DNA of 64,000 nucleotides from Bdellovibrionales bacterium (GCA_965219095.1 OZ244719.1:459071-523070); one strand, 5' to 3'; shown: positions 27,927-37,446, counted from the stretch's first letter. The notes: generated from the letters alone by a model not told the origin. Translations and numbers: made by a program.

Positions 27927-29258
27927 TTATGAAGTTGAAGTTTCAGCCAAAGCATCAATCCAATTATTAATATATCTAGCTTTGCTTTGAATTACATGAG
28001 ATTCAGCCAAACCTTTGATTTCTTTAAGTTGATTCACAAGTTTGTCAATGTCTTTTTTACGAACTTCCTCTCTTTCCTTTAGCATACATAACAAAAAGTG
28101 AAAGCGTGCCTTTTTTGCTGCAGCAGGAGTTTGTACCTCTCTATTTGATTTCTTACTTTTACTAGAACGAGTCTCTCCAAAGTTTTTAAAGTTATTAAGA
28201 TCATCTTTGATTACACCCTTACATATTGCACAATCACAAATTTTTTGAAAAAAATCATGGTGAGTATTGATATGAAGATTTTCAAATAATAGCTCTATCT
28301 CAGGAATTCCAAATTTTCCATGCAATGGTGGAAAGTAATAATTTATAACTGGAGTCCCTCCCCCTAAAACAGGCATAATATTTTTTTTAGAACCATAGCC
28401 TACACCGTGAGAAACACTTGTCATGCCAAATTTAGATAGAAGGTAAGAGAAATACCCTCCATGCCTATTAAATACTTCAAGCCCGTTTTCCTTATATTTT
28501 TCAACTAGTCTGCGAAATGAAGAAAGATAGTTAGCACTTCTTTCGCTTTCATCAAAGTCATTTATCCATAGATAAACCCCTTTGAAACCATTTCCCAGCT
28601 TTAAAATGGCATTAATAAAATTAGAGTCTAATAAAAGATCATAATCGAAACAGAGACTTAGATATAAATCATTAGAGTATGAAAGAGAATCTTGACGGAT
28701 TTTTTGATATATATTAATCCAGAGATCTTTTCGCTTTTTATCTATAAAAAAATAAGGCGTGAAAATTATTTTTGGCATTGAGAGGTCATTTGCAAAAGAA
28801 GCTGTTTCTTCGTCTTCTCGTAAGATATTTTTAATTCGATTATTTTGATACTCAATTACAGATTTACAAATATCTTTTCGTTTTATATCGCCATCTAAGT
28901 CCTTCAAAGTAATGGCCTTACTATTTTCAACAGCATCACTAAAGCTATTACCTAATTTTAAAGCTAATTTTTTATATGAAGCTTTAATTTCAAATCCTTT
29001 TTTAGTTTTAGATTTTAACCATTGAAGATCAGAAATGAGTTGCCCATCATGCGAATAGTATTCGCCAAAAGAGTAGGTCATAGGATCAATAAGATAATCT
29101 CTATTATTTTCTTTGCAATGCTTTATTATTAAACTTGCAACGGCATTAGGAGTCATCTCTATTAAGTTTCCGCTAAAGGTAACCCCATCGAAAAATCGAA
29201 GAATCTTATCAAAATAATCTTTTTCTGAGTGACTACCATATCTTAAAAAAATATTCAT
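27927..29258 (-). CDS. Uncharacterised 443-aa protein with a TGT/DpdA-like CxCxxC...H motif
   Basis: C-terminal CDCAICKG...ARFHFLL resembles the zinc site and following R-x-(Y/H)-L-x-H-L helix of tRNA-guanine transglycosylase-type enzymes. Last gene of four overlapping genes. Confidence 0.35.
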   Translation of the reverse strand: MNIFLRYGSHSEKDYFDKILRFFDGVTFSGNLIEMTPNAVASLIIKHCKENNRDYLIDPMTYSFGEYYSHDGQLISDLQWLKSKTKKGFEIKASYKKLALKLGNSFSDAVENSKAITLKDLDGDIKRKDICKSVIEYQNNRIKNILREDEETASFANDLSMPKIIFTPYFFIDKKRKDLWINIYQKIRQDSLSYSNDLYLSLCFDYDLLLDSNFINAILKLGNGFKGVYLWINDFDESERSANYLSSFRRLVEKYKENGLEVFNRHGGYFSYLLSKFGMTSVSHGVGYGSKKNIMPVLGGGTPVINYYFPPLHGKFGIPEIELLFENLHINTHHDFFQKICDCAICKGVIKDDLNNFKNFGETRSSKSKKSNREVQTPAAAKKARFHFLLCMLKEREEVRKKDIDKLVNQLKEIKGLAESHVIQSKARYINNWIDALAETSTS

Positions 29259-29671
29259 TTTTTTCTTATTCCTTGAGCTTTCTTAATAGATTCAGTTTTA
29301 TATCTCATATTTATCACTTTAGATTTTGAAGGTTTCAATGTTATTCTGCAGTGTCCAGATGAATCAACAGCAATGACACCCACTCCAAATGGTTGAAGTT
29401 CTTGCAAAATTTTCTTGTTAATTTTCGTTTTAGGCATCGCTATGTAAACATAGTCAGAACAAAGCTGGTATATAAGTGCTTGTTGTAGAGCTTTTTTCCA
29501 TTTTATTAATTTTAATTCAACAGACACTGCTTCCATATCCTTAGAGTAAGTAAATAAATCTATATTATACCTATAGAAACTCAACTCTTTACAAGGAGGA
29601 TTAACATATTTGTTTTTTAAAAAACGAAAAACAGGTGTTAAAAGCTGAGCTTCCTTACTAAAATCCAACAT
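29255..29671 (-). CDS. Small PD-(D/E)XK (RecB-like) nuclease-fold protein
   Basis: NIDLFTY...AVSVELKLIKWKKALQQALIYQL carries D...E-x-K...QxxxY. It overlaps both neighbouring genes. Confidence 0.45.
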   Translation of the reverse strand: MLDFSKEAQLLTPVFRFLKNKYVNPPCKELSFYRYNIDLFTYSKDMEAVSVELKLIKWKKALQQALIYQLCSDYVYIAMPKTKINKKILQELQPFGVGVIAVDSSGHCRITLKPSKSKVINMRYKTESIKKAQGIRKK

Positions 29672-30245
29672 TTTTTTCCTCCATATCTCTTAATTTATTC
29701 TCTAAATAGAGTATGTAAACCATTGAACATATTCCGATCATAAAAAATACAGCACTAAAAATAAGAGGATAACATAATATATATCTATCCAGATTATTTA
29801 CATTTTTCTCGTAGAGTGCCATTAAACACAGAATAATGAATTCTAGACCAGCAAGAATTAAGGATAGATATTTTAGAAGGCGTGAATAAATCTTCCACTT
29901 CCAGTATGCAGTTTTTATTTCACTATACTGTTTAAAGAAAGTATTTTTTTTCTCTAAATAATCATCTAGCCAATTCTTAAAGGCTTCACTCTCAGCAGGA
30001 TTTTCCATGCCTTCTATGTACTTAAGACCCTCATCCTTTTCAACATATACATTAGGAATAGGTTTTAATAGCTTGGTAAGTTCTTCTGCTATTTCACCTG
30101 TTATTGAGTTTTTTATATTTAATATCGAACTATAAATGTATTCAAAAAAATCTTTTTTTCTTTCACTAAATTTAAAAAAATAGATAAGATAGGCTGTTAA
30201 AAGAAAACCATGAATCCATGTAATAGTTCCATAACTCAAAATCAA
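29658..30245 (-). CDS. Membrane protein with three predicted TM helices
   Basis: Hydrophobic stretches ITWIHGFLLTAYLIYFF, YLSLILAGLEFIILCLMAL and PLIFSAVFFMIGICSMVYILYL. Confidence 0.5.
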   Translation of the reverse strand: MILSYGTITWIHGFLLTAYLIYFFKFSERKKDFFEYIYSSILNIKNSITGEIAEELTKLLKPIPNVYVEKDEGLKYIEGMENPAESEAFKNWLDDYLEKKNTFFKQYSEIKTAYWKWKIYSRLLKYLSLILAGLEFIILCLMALYEKNVNNLDRYILCYPLIFSAVFFMIGICSMVYILYLENKLRDMEEKNVGF

Positions 30246-30799
30246 AACCCTCTTTTTAAAACTTGCTTTTTAACCTCAGATTCAGTTGTCATACCAGGGT
30301 ATTTCTTATAAACATAGTAAAGCAAATCACGAAGAGAATATTTACTAAAATTAGATTTAATTTTTCTAATCTTATTAAGAGTCGGTTGATGCTCTTCAGA
30401 GTTAAGCATGCTTTGAATTTTACTTCTGCCTTTTTCCGTAAGTTTAAATCTTTTTTCAACATAACTATCAGAGTAAGAACTATCATCTTCCTTTCCAATT
30501 AAATCTTCAAATTTTATTTCAACTGATTCAAACGAAGTACTTTCACCCACAACTTCACTCTTGATATAACCAAGGTTTTCTAAAAACTCTAAGGAATCAT
30601 AAATCTTTGATGAAAAAGGCCCTGCTTTATAGGGTTCAAACTTAAAGCCATCATCTAGGGCTTGAACTTCTTCTTCAGTTTCTAATAAATAGAGAAATTT
30701 TTGAAGACGAGTTGCCCCACCTAGTTTACCTTGAAGACTTGAACCCTCAGCATCTAATCCAATCATGCACAAAATTAAAGATTTTGTGTTCATACTCAT
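30242..30799 (-). CDS. Panacea/DUF4065 (SocA/GepA-like) domain protein
   Basis: ATRLQKFLYLL...FEPYKAGPFSSKIYDSLEFLENLGYI resembles the LQKLLY...W.YGPV...Y pattern. Start taken at MSMNTK; the ORF track allows 30853. Confidence 0.45.
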   Translation of the reverse strand: MSMNTKSLILCMIGLDAEGSSLQGKLGGATRLQKFLYLLETEEEVQALDDGFKFEPYKAGPFSSKIYDSLEFLENLGYIKSEVVGESTSFESVEIKFEDLIGKEDDSSYSDSYVEKRFKLTEKGRSKIQSMLNSEEHQPTLNKIRKIKSNFSKYSLRDLLYYVYKKYPGMTTESEVKKQVLKRGF

Positions 30800-31941
30800 A
30801 AGTTCAGACCCCTCATAACTAAACTGTATCCCATAATGCAGAATAGGCAACAAATTAAACCGGTGACTGATGATAGAAGCTATGCAAGTAGCCCAGCCAA
30901 ATCTAACAACAGTTAGTACACTGTAAAGCTATAAAATCAATATACTTTGAACTCCAAATCTAATGGCCGAACCTACAAATGTATAAATTATGTGTTGTTT
31001 TGCGTTAGGACTTCCTATGATAAAGCTAAAGGTTGCTATCACAAGACCAATCACCGAAATAAGGGGGCAAAATCACATTGTGAGCCTTGATTTGATATCG
31101 ATAAGGGAAGATTCAAGGCTTGCAAGCCGGCTTTTCAAAGAAGCCATAAAATAACTCCTGCTAGAAACACCGTAAAAAAAAGTCGGTTGTCTGCCCTATC
31201 CAAGCTTAAATTTCTCTTATAATTTTTCTTAGAGGGGGATTTTAGAAGAAATCCTAAAGGAGGCTCTGGGGACTTTAAGAGAAAATTGACTATCCGCAGA
31301 AACAGGAGAAGTCCACTTTTGCTACTGAGCAACGATTTGCGACGCTTATTGTTGATCTTGAGGTATGGATGGAATCAAAAGTTCTTTGGATTAGTGAGTT
31401 AAAGGCTTTATTAGAAAAATTCGGAAATCCTAGGCTGTAGCTAATTTTATTGGTGCTAGTGAAGCGTTTGTCCGGAAAAACGTCCGAATTTCGGACATTA
31501 AAAAGCAAAAAAAATAATTTCAAAAAAATATTAAAAAAATCCCTAATTATTGCTATGCTTTCCTAAAAAGAAGGAGACAAATTGCCAACACTTGATTTTA
31601 GAGGAAAGTCTATGCAAAAAATTATGAAGAAAAAAATTGTGGGAAAGCCATTGTTTTCGCATCAACTTGTTTTGAGAAGGCAAAAGAACTTTCTCAAGAA
31701 AGCATTACTTTATTGTCAACTTCCATTCGCTATCCATAGAATAGTAGGATCTTAATGCATTTAAAAGAATTTCAAGAATCTATTTTAGAAAAGCTAGATA
31801 ATTACTTAGATGCTCTTAAATATGAATATAGGGAAGAGTTAGACATAAAAGAGGTAAAAAAAGGCAAAAGCTACCAACTAGAGGAATACTTACAAAAAAT
31901 ATGGAGCAAGTTTTGAAAAGAGGGTTTTGATTTTGGAACGT

Positions 31942-32997
31942 ATGATAAAGCAATATTTTTTCTTATTCCTTATCCTAGTTTTTATTGTTTTAATTATTTT
32001 GCTTCCGTTTTGGTATGAGGATGTAATAAAAAGCTATTTTAAAATAGATGGCAACAATATCTCTAAGTGGGAAGTCATCAAGAGCTTAGGTTATGCTATT
32101 GGCGTAGTGGCTCTTCTTGCACAAATATCAATTTCTAGTCGCAGAACAGATGCCTCAGAAGAGTCAAATTTAAATCAACGTTACCATAACGCTATCGATC
32201 ACTTATCGAGAGAAAATACAACAGCTAGGATTGGTGCTATTTATAACTTATATAATATATCAAAATCTTCAAGAGCTTATTGCAGAGTAATTTTTGATAT
32301 ATTTTGCACACACCTAAAAGGAAAAGGCAATAACTTTGAAATCAGAAAGGAAGAAAAGCAATTGATTGTTGATAAGTTATTTCGAGCCAGAAAAGAAGAT
32401 AGAGTTTTGAGTAATCCTCAAAAAGTAGAACTTCAAAATATAGACTTTACAGATATAAATTTTGAAAAAGCATTTTTGAGAGAAGCAAAATTTATAGGAA
32501 CTAATTTAGAAAGTTGTTCTTTTAAAGAAGCAGACCTAACTGAGTCATGCTTGCCAGCAGAATTAAAAGGGGTTAAAAGCATGGAGAAAGCAATATTGAA
32601 TAAAACGGAGTTCAAATCTGGTAGTATTCTTAGAGGCCTTATCATGAATAACGGAAAGTGGAAAGATGCAAAGATTTTATATAGCGACTTGTCAAATGCA
32701 AAGTTAGAAAATGTGGATTTAACGAGAACAAAATTAACAGGAACAAAGTTAGAAAATGCAAATTTAAAAGGGGCAAATTTAAAAGGGGCAAATTTAAAAA
32801 AGGCTACCTTGGAAAATGTTGATTTAACAAAAGCAGATCTTTCGTATGCCAAGAACTTAACTTTTAATCAATTGGTTGAGGTGAGTAGCTTGCACGGTAT
32901 TATCGGATTAGATGAGAAAATTGAAAGGAAGTTAAAGACAGAAAAACCAGAGCTTTTTCAAAAAAAGCAAGAAAATATAAAGGAGGACGCAAAATGA
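31942..32997 (+). CDS. Membrane-anchored pentapeptide-repeat protein
   Basis: N-terminal TM segments (FFLFLILVFIVLIILLPFW, LGYAIGVVALLAQI). C-terminal repeats AKLENVDLTRTKLTGTKLENANLKGANLKGANLKKATLENVDLTKADLSYA. ATGA overlap with the next gene. Confidence 0.75.
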   Translation: MIKQYFFLFLILVFIVLIILLPFWYEDVIKSYFKIDGNNISKWEVIKSLGYAIGVVALLAQISISSRRTDASEESNLNQRYHNAIDHLSRENTTARIGAIYNLYNISKSSRAYCRVIFDIFCTHLKGKGNNFEIRKEEKQLIVDKLFRARKEDRVLSNPQKVELQNIDFTDINFEKAFLREAKFIGTNLESCSFKEADLTESCLPAELKGVKSMEKAILNKTEFKSGSILRGLIMNNGKWKDAKILYSDLSNAKLENVDLTRTKLTGTKLENANLKGANLKGANLKKATLENVDLTKADLSYAKNLTFNQLVEVSSLHGIIGLDEKIERKLKTEKPELFQKKQENIKEDAK

Positions 32998-33740
32998 GTA
33001 AAAATAAAATAAAAATCAATGGGAGAGAACAAGACATTCAGTGTGGTTTAATTAACGGGGAGAGTTTATATTCGCAACTTAATATGTCATGTGATGGAGA
33101 ACGGTTATTTTTAGATGTTCAAAGTGAAGTTGATATTCCAATTAACAAAGATGATTATATTGTTATATTAGGCAAAGAAAGCTTTGTAACTGGAAAATCT
33201 AAAATAGACGATAATCCTGCTTTAAAAAAGCAGATATCTATTAAAGTAGATGACAATCCTATCGAATTATCTAAACCCAAGATAACAGGAAAAGAAATTA
33301 AAGATAGTTGTAAAGATTCGCTACCCAATAGCAATCTTTACATAGACTTATTAAATATTCCTGATCAGCTAATCAAAGATGATTTTATGTTAATTATTAA
33401 CCCTGATCCTAAAAGCCCTGAGCATTGCTTTATAATAGTGCCTGTGTCAGATGATAATATTATTGATACTGAAGAATGTGCCAAACATAACAAAAAGCCT
33501 CCTAAAAAACAAGATAAGTATAAAATAAAAATAGATGGTCAAAAATATATTGCTCCTGCTTGGCAATTATCAGGTAAAGAAATATTAAAATTAGCAAATA
33601 AAGAATGGCAACAGTTTAGCTTGCAGCAAAAATTTAAAGGAGGAGAAAGAAAAGTTATAGGACCTGAGTCTAAAGTAGATTTTTCTACACCAGGTGTTGA
33701 ACGCTTTGAAACTGTTCCAAAAGAAGCACAACAAGGATAA
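32994..33740 (+). CDS. Multi-ubiquitin (three beta-grasp repeats) protein ending in Gly
   Basis: Repeats KIKINGREQDIQCGLINGESL, ISIKVDDNPIELSKPKITGKEI and KIKIDGQKYIAPAWQLSGKEIL. The C-terminus ...PKEAQQG lies directly before the stop codon. Confidence 0.65.
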   Translation: MSKNKIKINGREQDIQCGLINGESLYSQLNMSCDGERLFLDVQSEVDIPINKDDYIVILGKESFVTGKSKIDDNPALKKQISIKVDDNPIELSKPKITGKEIKDSCKDSLPNSNLYIDLLNIPDQLIKDDFMLIINPDPKSPEHCFIIVPVSDDNIIDTEECAKHNKKPPKKQDKYKIKIDGQKYIAPAWQLSGKEILKLANKEWQQFSLQQKFKGGERKVIGPESKVDFSTPGVERFETVPKEAQQG

Positions 33741-33742
33741 AT

Positions 33743-34123
33743 ATGGATTTTGAATTGCCAGAAGATGACGTAGGTTTTCTCAACAATTCGTTTGAAGGTA
33801 GATGGAGTACTATAATTAACTCTACAGAGCAGGGTATAATTATTAGGAACTATTCTTTACCAGAGGGTTATGATCCATCTGAGGTAAAAGTAATGATTTT
33901 AATTCCACAAAATTATCCTATGGCTGCCCTTGATATGTTTTATTTATGCCCTGGGACATTTAAAAAAAATGGTCATAACATAGAACAATTAAGTGATGAA
34001 TCTCATTTTGATAAGCAGTGGCAACGTTGGTCAAGACACTACGAATGGCAGGCTGGGACCAATAATATTGCAATACATTTGAAATTTGTTGAAAATGCTT
34101 TAATAGACGAGTTAAAAAAATGA
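33743..34123 (+). CDS. Prokaryotic E2-like (Prok-E2 family E-like) protein
   Basis: 126 aa with IPQNYPMAALDMFYLCPG, which holds the candidate catalytic Cys. Its position between the Ubl and E1 genes fits. Confidence 0.55.
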   Translation: MDFELPEDDVGFLNNSFEGRWSTIINSTEQGIIIRNYSLPEGYDPSEVKVMILIPQNYPMAALDMFYLCPGTFKKNGHNIEQLSDESHFDKQWQRWSRHYEWQAGTNNIAIHLKFVENALIDELKK

Positions 34124-35496
34124 AATACTCTCTCTCTTTAAACAACGAACAGCATCAGAAGCTAAAAAATCATCTGCTTATAGATCATTTGGAATCTGTT
34201 GCATTGATCCTTTGCCATCAATCTAAGAGTACAAGTCAGATAAAGCTAATTGCCTCTGAAATTATTTTAATTTCACATAGCTTATGCAAAAGAACAAAGG
34301 CCAATATTACTTGGCCAGTTGAAAAATATTTTACTCCATTGCAAATTGAGAGAATGGACAAAGAAAAATTATCTTTAATGACGATACATAGTCACCCCAA
34401 CGGATATAACAATTTTTCAAATTTAGATAACAATAACGATAATATCTTATTTAGATCAGTAAATAATTGGTTTAATGACGAGAGACCAAATGGTTCGCTT
34501 GTAATGTTGCCAAATGATCATCTCTTTGGAAGAGTTGTTAATAAGGCTGGGGATTTTACTCCATTATCACACATTAGTATTGCAGGAAGTAATATAAAGA
34601 TTTTAAAGCATAAAAAGGAAAATAGCAATGTACCGAAGTTTAGTAAACGAGTCGCTCAAACTTTTGGAAAACACACACTTTCTACTCTAAAGCAATTGAA
34701 TGTTGGTGTCGTTGGATGCTCTGGAACAGGAAGTATTATTATTGAGTTGTTAGCTCGTAACTGCATTGGAGAATTAGTTATTGTCGATCCTGATATAGTT
34801 GAAGAAAAAAACTTAAATAGGATATTAAATACTGCATCGAGTGATGCCAATAGGACAAACCCTAAAGTTAAAGTTCTAAAAAGAGCAATTCAAAAGTTAG
34901 ATATGGGAACGGAGGTATCTGCTTACCAATCTACTACATCTGATAGAAAAGTCATATCGGCATTAAAAAACTGTGATATTTTATTTGGTTGTGTTGATTC
35001 AGCTATTGGTAGATACCATCTTGATTGTGTGTCATCTGCTTATATAATTCCTTACTTTGATATTGGAGTTCGAATTGATGCAGATAAAAAGGGAAATATC
35101 TCTCAGGCAATTACAGTTGCCCATTATATTGAACCAGGACAATCGAATCTTTTGTCAAGGGGGGCCTATACTAGTGAACAAGTGAGGGTGGAGAGTTTAA
35201 AGATACACAACCCAACTCATTATGAACAACAAAAAAAAGAAGGCTATATTTCTGGAATAGATGAAGATCAACCTGCAGTAATATCAGTTAATATGCAAGC
35301 TGCGTGTATGTCATTTAATGACTTTATAGCACGTATTCATAATTATCGGCTAGATAGTAATTGTGATTTTGCTATTCAACAAATGAGTTTAACCCATGGA
35401 TACTATAGACATCAAAAAAACAAGCAAGGACTTCATCCACTCTTTGCTAAAAATTTTAGCAAAGCCGATCAATCTGATCTATTGAAATTGATATGA
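34120..35496 (+). CDS. JAB/JAMM deubiquitinase-like domain fused to ThiF/E1-like adenylation domain
   Basis: JAMM motif HSHPNGYNNFSNLD. Rossmann motif VGVVGCSGTGSIIIELLARNCIGELVIVDPDIVEEKNLNR. Confidence 0.75.
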   Translation: MKYSLSLNNEQHQKLKNHLLIDHLESVALILCHQSKSTSQIKLIASEIILISHSLCKRTKANITWPVEKYFTPLQIERMDKEKLSLMTIHSHPNGYNNFSNLDNNNDNILFRSVNNWFNDERPNGSLVMLPNDHLFGRVVNKAGDFTPLSHISIAGSNIKILKHKKENSNVPKFSKRVAQTFGKHTLSTLKQLNVGVVGCSGTGSIIIELLARNCIGELVIVDPDIVEEKNLNRILNTASSDANRTNPKVKVLKRAIQKLDMGTEVSAYQSTTSDRKVISALKNCDILFGCVDSAIGRYHLDCVSSAYIIPYFDIGVRIDADKKGNISQAITVAHYIEPGQSNLLSRGAYTSEQVRVESLKIHNPTHYEQQKKEGYISGIDEDQPAVISVNMQAACMSFNDFIARIHNYRLDSNCDFAIQQMSLTHGYYRHQKNKQGLHPLFAKNFSKADQSDLLKLI

Positions 35497-35837
35497 TAAG
35501 ATTATTTTTTGAAAAAATAAAAATATTTCTATATAACCTTTGGAAACCAAGCTATAGAACTGTCTGGACAGAAAATTTTCCAGAAAAACTCAAGAAAAGA
35601 ATAGTTTATATTATTGGAAATAAAAAACATCCGTTTCAAGTTGTATTTTTGTGTCCTAAAAATTGTAATAAAAAAATTTTTCTTAATATATCAAAACAAC
35701 ACAATAAATTTGAACGTTGGAAGCTTATTGAACATAAAGATGGAACAGTCTCACTTGTTCCATCTATTTACATGAAAACTCTTGATTGTGACTGTCATTA
35801 TTGGTTCAAAAGAGGACGCATCAATTGGATTCGATGA
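35493..35837 (+). CDS. DUF6527-like zinc-binding protein
   Basis: VFLCPKNCNKKIFLN...VPSIYMKTLDCDCHYWFKRGRINW, i.e. CPxxC...CxCH. It overlaps the E1 stop. Confidence 0.55.
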   Translation: MIRLFFEKIKIFLYNLWKPSYRTVWTENFPEKLKKRIVYIIGNKKHPFQVVFLCPKNCNKKIFLNISKQHNKFERWKLIEHKDGTVSLVPSIYMKTLDCDCHYWFKRGRINWIR

Positions 35838-36061
35838 AGTAAATTAACCAGCTCATATTTTTAATCAGTGTAGTAGTTGTAACTTATCCCTATCAATCTT
35901 TCCAGAAAGACTTTTTTCAGTAACTTAACTTTGTCTAACAGACCTCTTTAGTGACTTTTTTACGATGTGTTCGTGATTGGTTCATGATTTTTTAAAAACC
36001 AAGAGCAGCAAAAGTTTGCTTTTTTCCTCAGAACAAAGTAAGTAGTCGCACGAGAAACTCT

Positions 36062-36454
36062 TTACGACAAGTTAAAAAGAAAAAACTGATCAGCTATTTC
36101 TATATCATTTCCTTTTCTTTCGGGATCAGGAAAAAACTCAGGCACTCTATCTCTTACTTGATAATAAATATGTCTATGAGATTCTTGTTTTTTAAGCTCA
36201 CTTTTATAATAACCTTCATCAAAAAGTTCTTTAAGTTCATAAAATTCATTTTCTAAAACATTTGGCGTTTCATTTTCTTGAAACACTATAGAGTAAGACT
36301 CAAAAAACTCTAAAAGTTGAAGTTCAATAATCTTTGAATCAATTTCTTTTTTATCAGCAAAGCTAAAATCCACACCTGAGCCTCCTGCCCATATAAAACT
36401 TTTAAAAGAAAAAGTAAAGAATAAAACTGTTATTATGAATAGGTTTTTAGCCAT
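36062..36454 (-). CDS. Small secreted hypothetical protein
   Basis: N-terminal signal-like sequence MAKNLFIITVLFFTFSFKSFIWA. Confidence 0.4.
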   Translation of the reverse strand: MAKNLFIITVLFFTFSFKSFIWAGGSGVDFSFADKKEIDSKIIELQLLEFFESYSIVFQENETPNVLENEFYELKELFDEGYYKSELKKQESHRHIYYQVRDRVPEFFPDPERKGNDIEIADQFFLFNLS

Positions 36455-36995
36455 GATTTTCTCCTTTTGGTTTTATGTTAGACGTTTTTATTATGCCTAA
36501 ATTTATGTTATAAATAGATTTTTCAGATTTTTCTTCATTTTTTAAAGAGTTCTCTGAGCTTTCAAGAAGTTCAGAGATAATTCTGTCAAAATCCTGTTTA
36601 AATTTATTCATAGCTTCTTTGCTACAGGCCACTGTATAATTTGAGATTTTTTCTATAGTTTCGGGTTTTATTTGAGCTAAGAGGTATCTTGTTTTTAAAA
36701 TATGTTGATGTATGGCCTGATTTTTTGTGATTTCTTTTTTTGTGATGACAAAGTTTCTCTTCCCAGCTTTATAAAAACTCCCTTCTTTGACAAGAAAGCC
36801 TAACTCCTCTAATCCGTCAATAGCATCTGTAGCTTCTTCTAAGGTTACAGAGAAGGTTTCTGCTACGACTTGTGGTGAAGCGGGAAGGTTTTCTATTGTG
36901 AGGTGAGCATGAAGTTCTGGCCAAAAAGGATCACAAAGCCAATTTTCTAAAAGCATGTTATCTCTTTCTTGAATGCTTTGTTTTACTTTTAACAT
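36447..36995 (-). CDS. DUF4423/TIGR02147-like winged-helix protein (C-terminal part?)
   Basis: VTLEEATDAIDGLEELGFLVKEGSFYKAG pattern. It overlaps the upstream HTH ORF, so the two may be one split regulator. Confidence 0.35.
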   Translation of the reverse strand: MLKVKQSIQERDNMLLENWLCDPFWPELHAHLTIENLPASPQVVAETFSVTLEEATDAIDGLEELGFLVKEGSFYKAGKRNFVITKKEITKNQAIHQHILKTRYLLAQIKPETIEKISNYTVACSKEAMNKFKQDFDRIISELLESSENSLKNEEKSEKSIYNINLGIIKTSNIKPKGENHG

Positions 36996-37420
36996 AATTT
37001 AGCCTGCTTTCTTTTATACCTCATCTCTTGCAGGTGTTCTTTTAATCTTGTGCGTGAGTTTTCTATGGTTTTATTTTTATCAGCACAACGTTCACTAGAA
37101 GCTATAACATCTTTAAGAATCGATCTTTTATCATGTTTTGAAAGCCCCTTTAAAATAAGCTCCATGTCTTCTCCTATAGGGGTATCGCTTTGCTCTCTTC
37201 TTTCTAACTCATCTCTCACAATAGCTCTTAAGTTAATGCCTGCTAGTTTAAGGACTCTCATAAAATCATAAGAGTTTATATGACTTTTACCGTTTAGGAA
37301 AGTGCTTATAGTATTCTTATTGAGTTCTAAAAGACGAGCAGCTTCAAGAACTCCAATGCTATTATAAGTCAATAATGAATCTAAGTTATTTAAAAAAGCA
37401 AAATCTCTGTTGATCTTCAT
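36989..37420 (-). CDS. HTH DNA-binding protein
   Basis: LELNKNTISTFLNGKSHINSYDFMRVLKLAGINL. Divergent from the T4CP gene. Confidence 0.5.
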   Translation of the reverse strand: MKINRDFAFLNNLDSLLTYNSIGVLEAARLLELNKNTISTFLNGKSHINSYDFMRVLKLAGINLRAIVRDELERREQSDTPIGEDMELILKGLSKHDKRSILKDVIASSERCADKNKTIENSRTRLKEHLQEMRYKRKQAKLC

Positions 37421-37446
37421 AAGAAAAAAGTTTCAATATACTTTTT

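Noticed and set aside
31135-31523. ORFs 31135-31332 and 31290-31523 (minus)
   Set aside because: They overlap the ~90-bp direct repeat and an AT-rich spacer. No RBS or motifs are present, so they are likely non-coding or gene debris.
31560-31920. Short frames (LPTLDFRGKS…; MHLKEFQESILEKLDNYL…) that look like N-termini of restriction/helicase subunits
   Set aside because: They are too short (under 60 aa), interrupted by stops, and the similarity is only impressionistic. They may be remnants of the same decayed R-M system as 25934-26250, but this is not supportable as a feature.
32433-32852. 139-aa antisense ORF inside the pentapeptide-repeat gene
   Set aside because: It mirrors the repeat periodicity of the sense strand (FAPFKFAPFKFAF) and is a typical shadow ORF.
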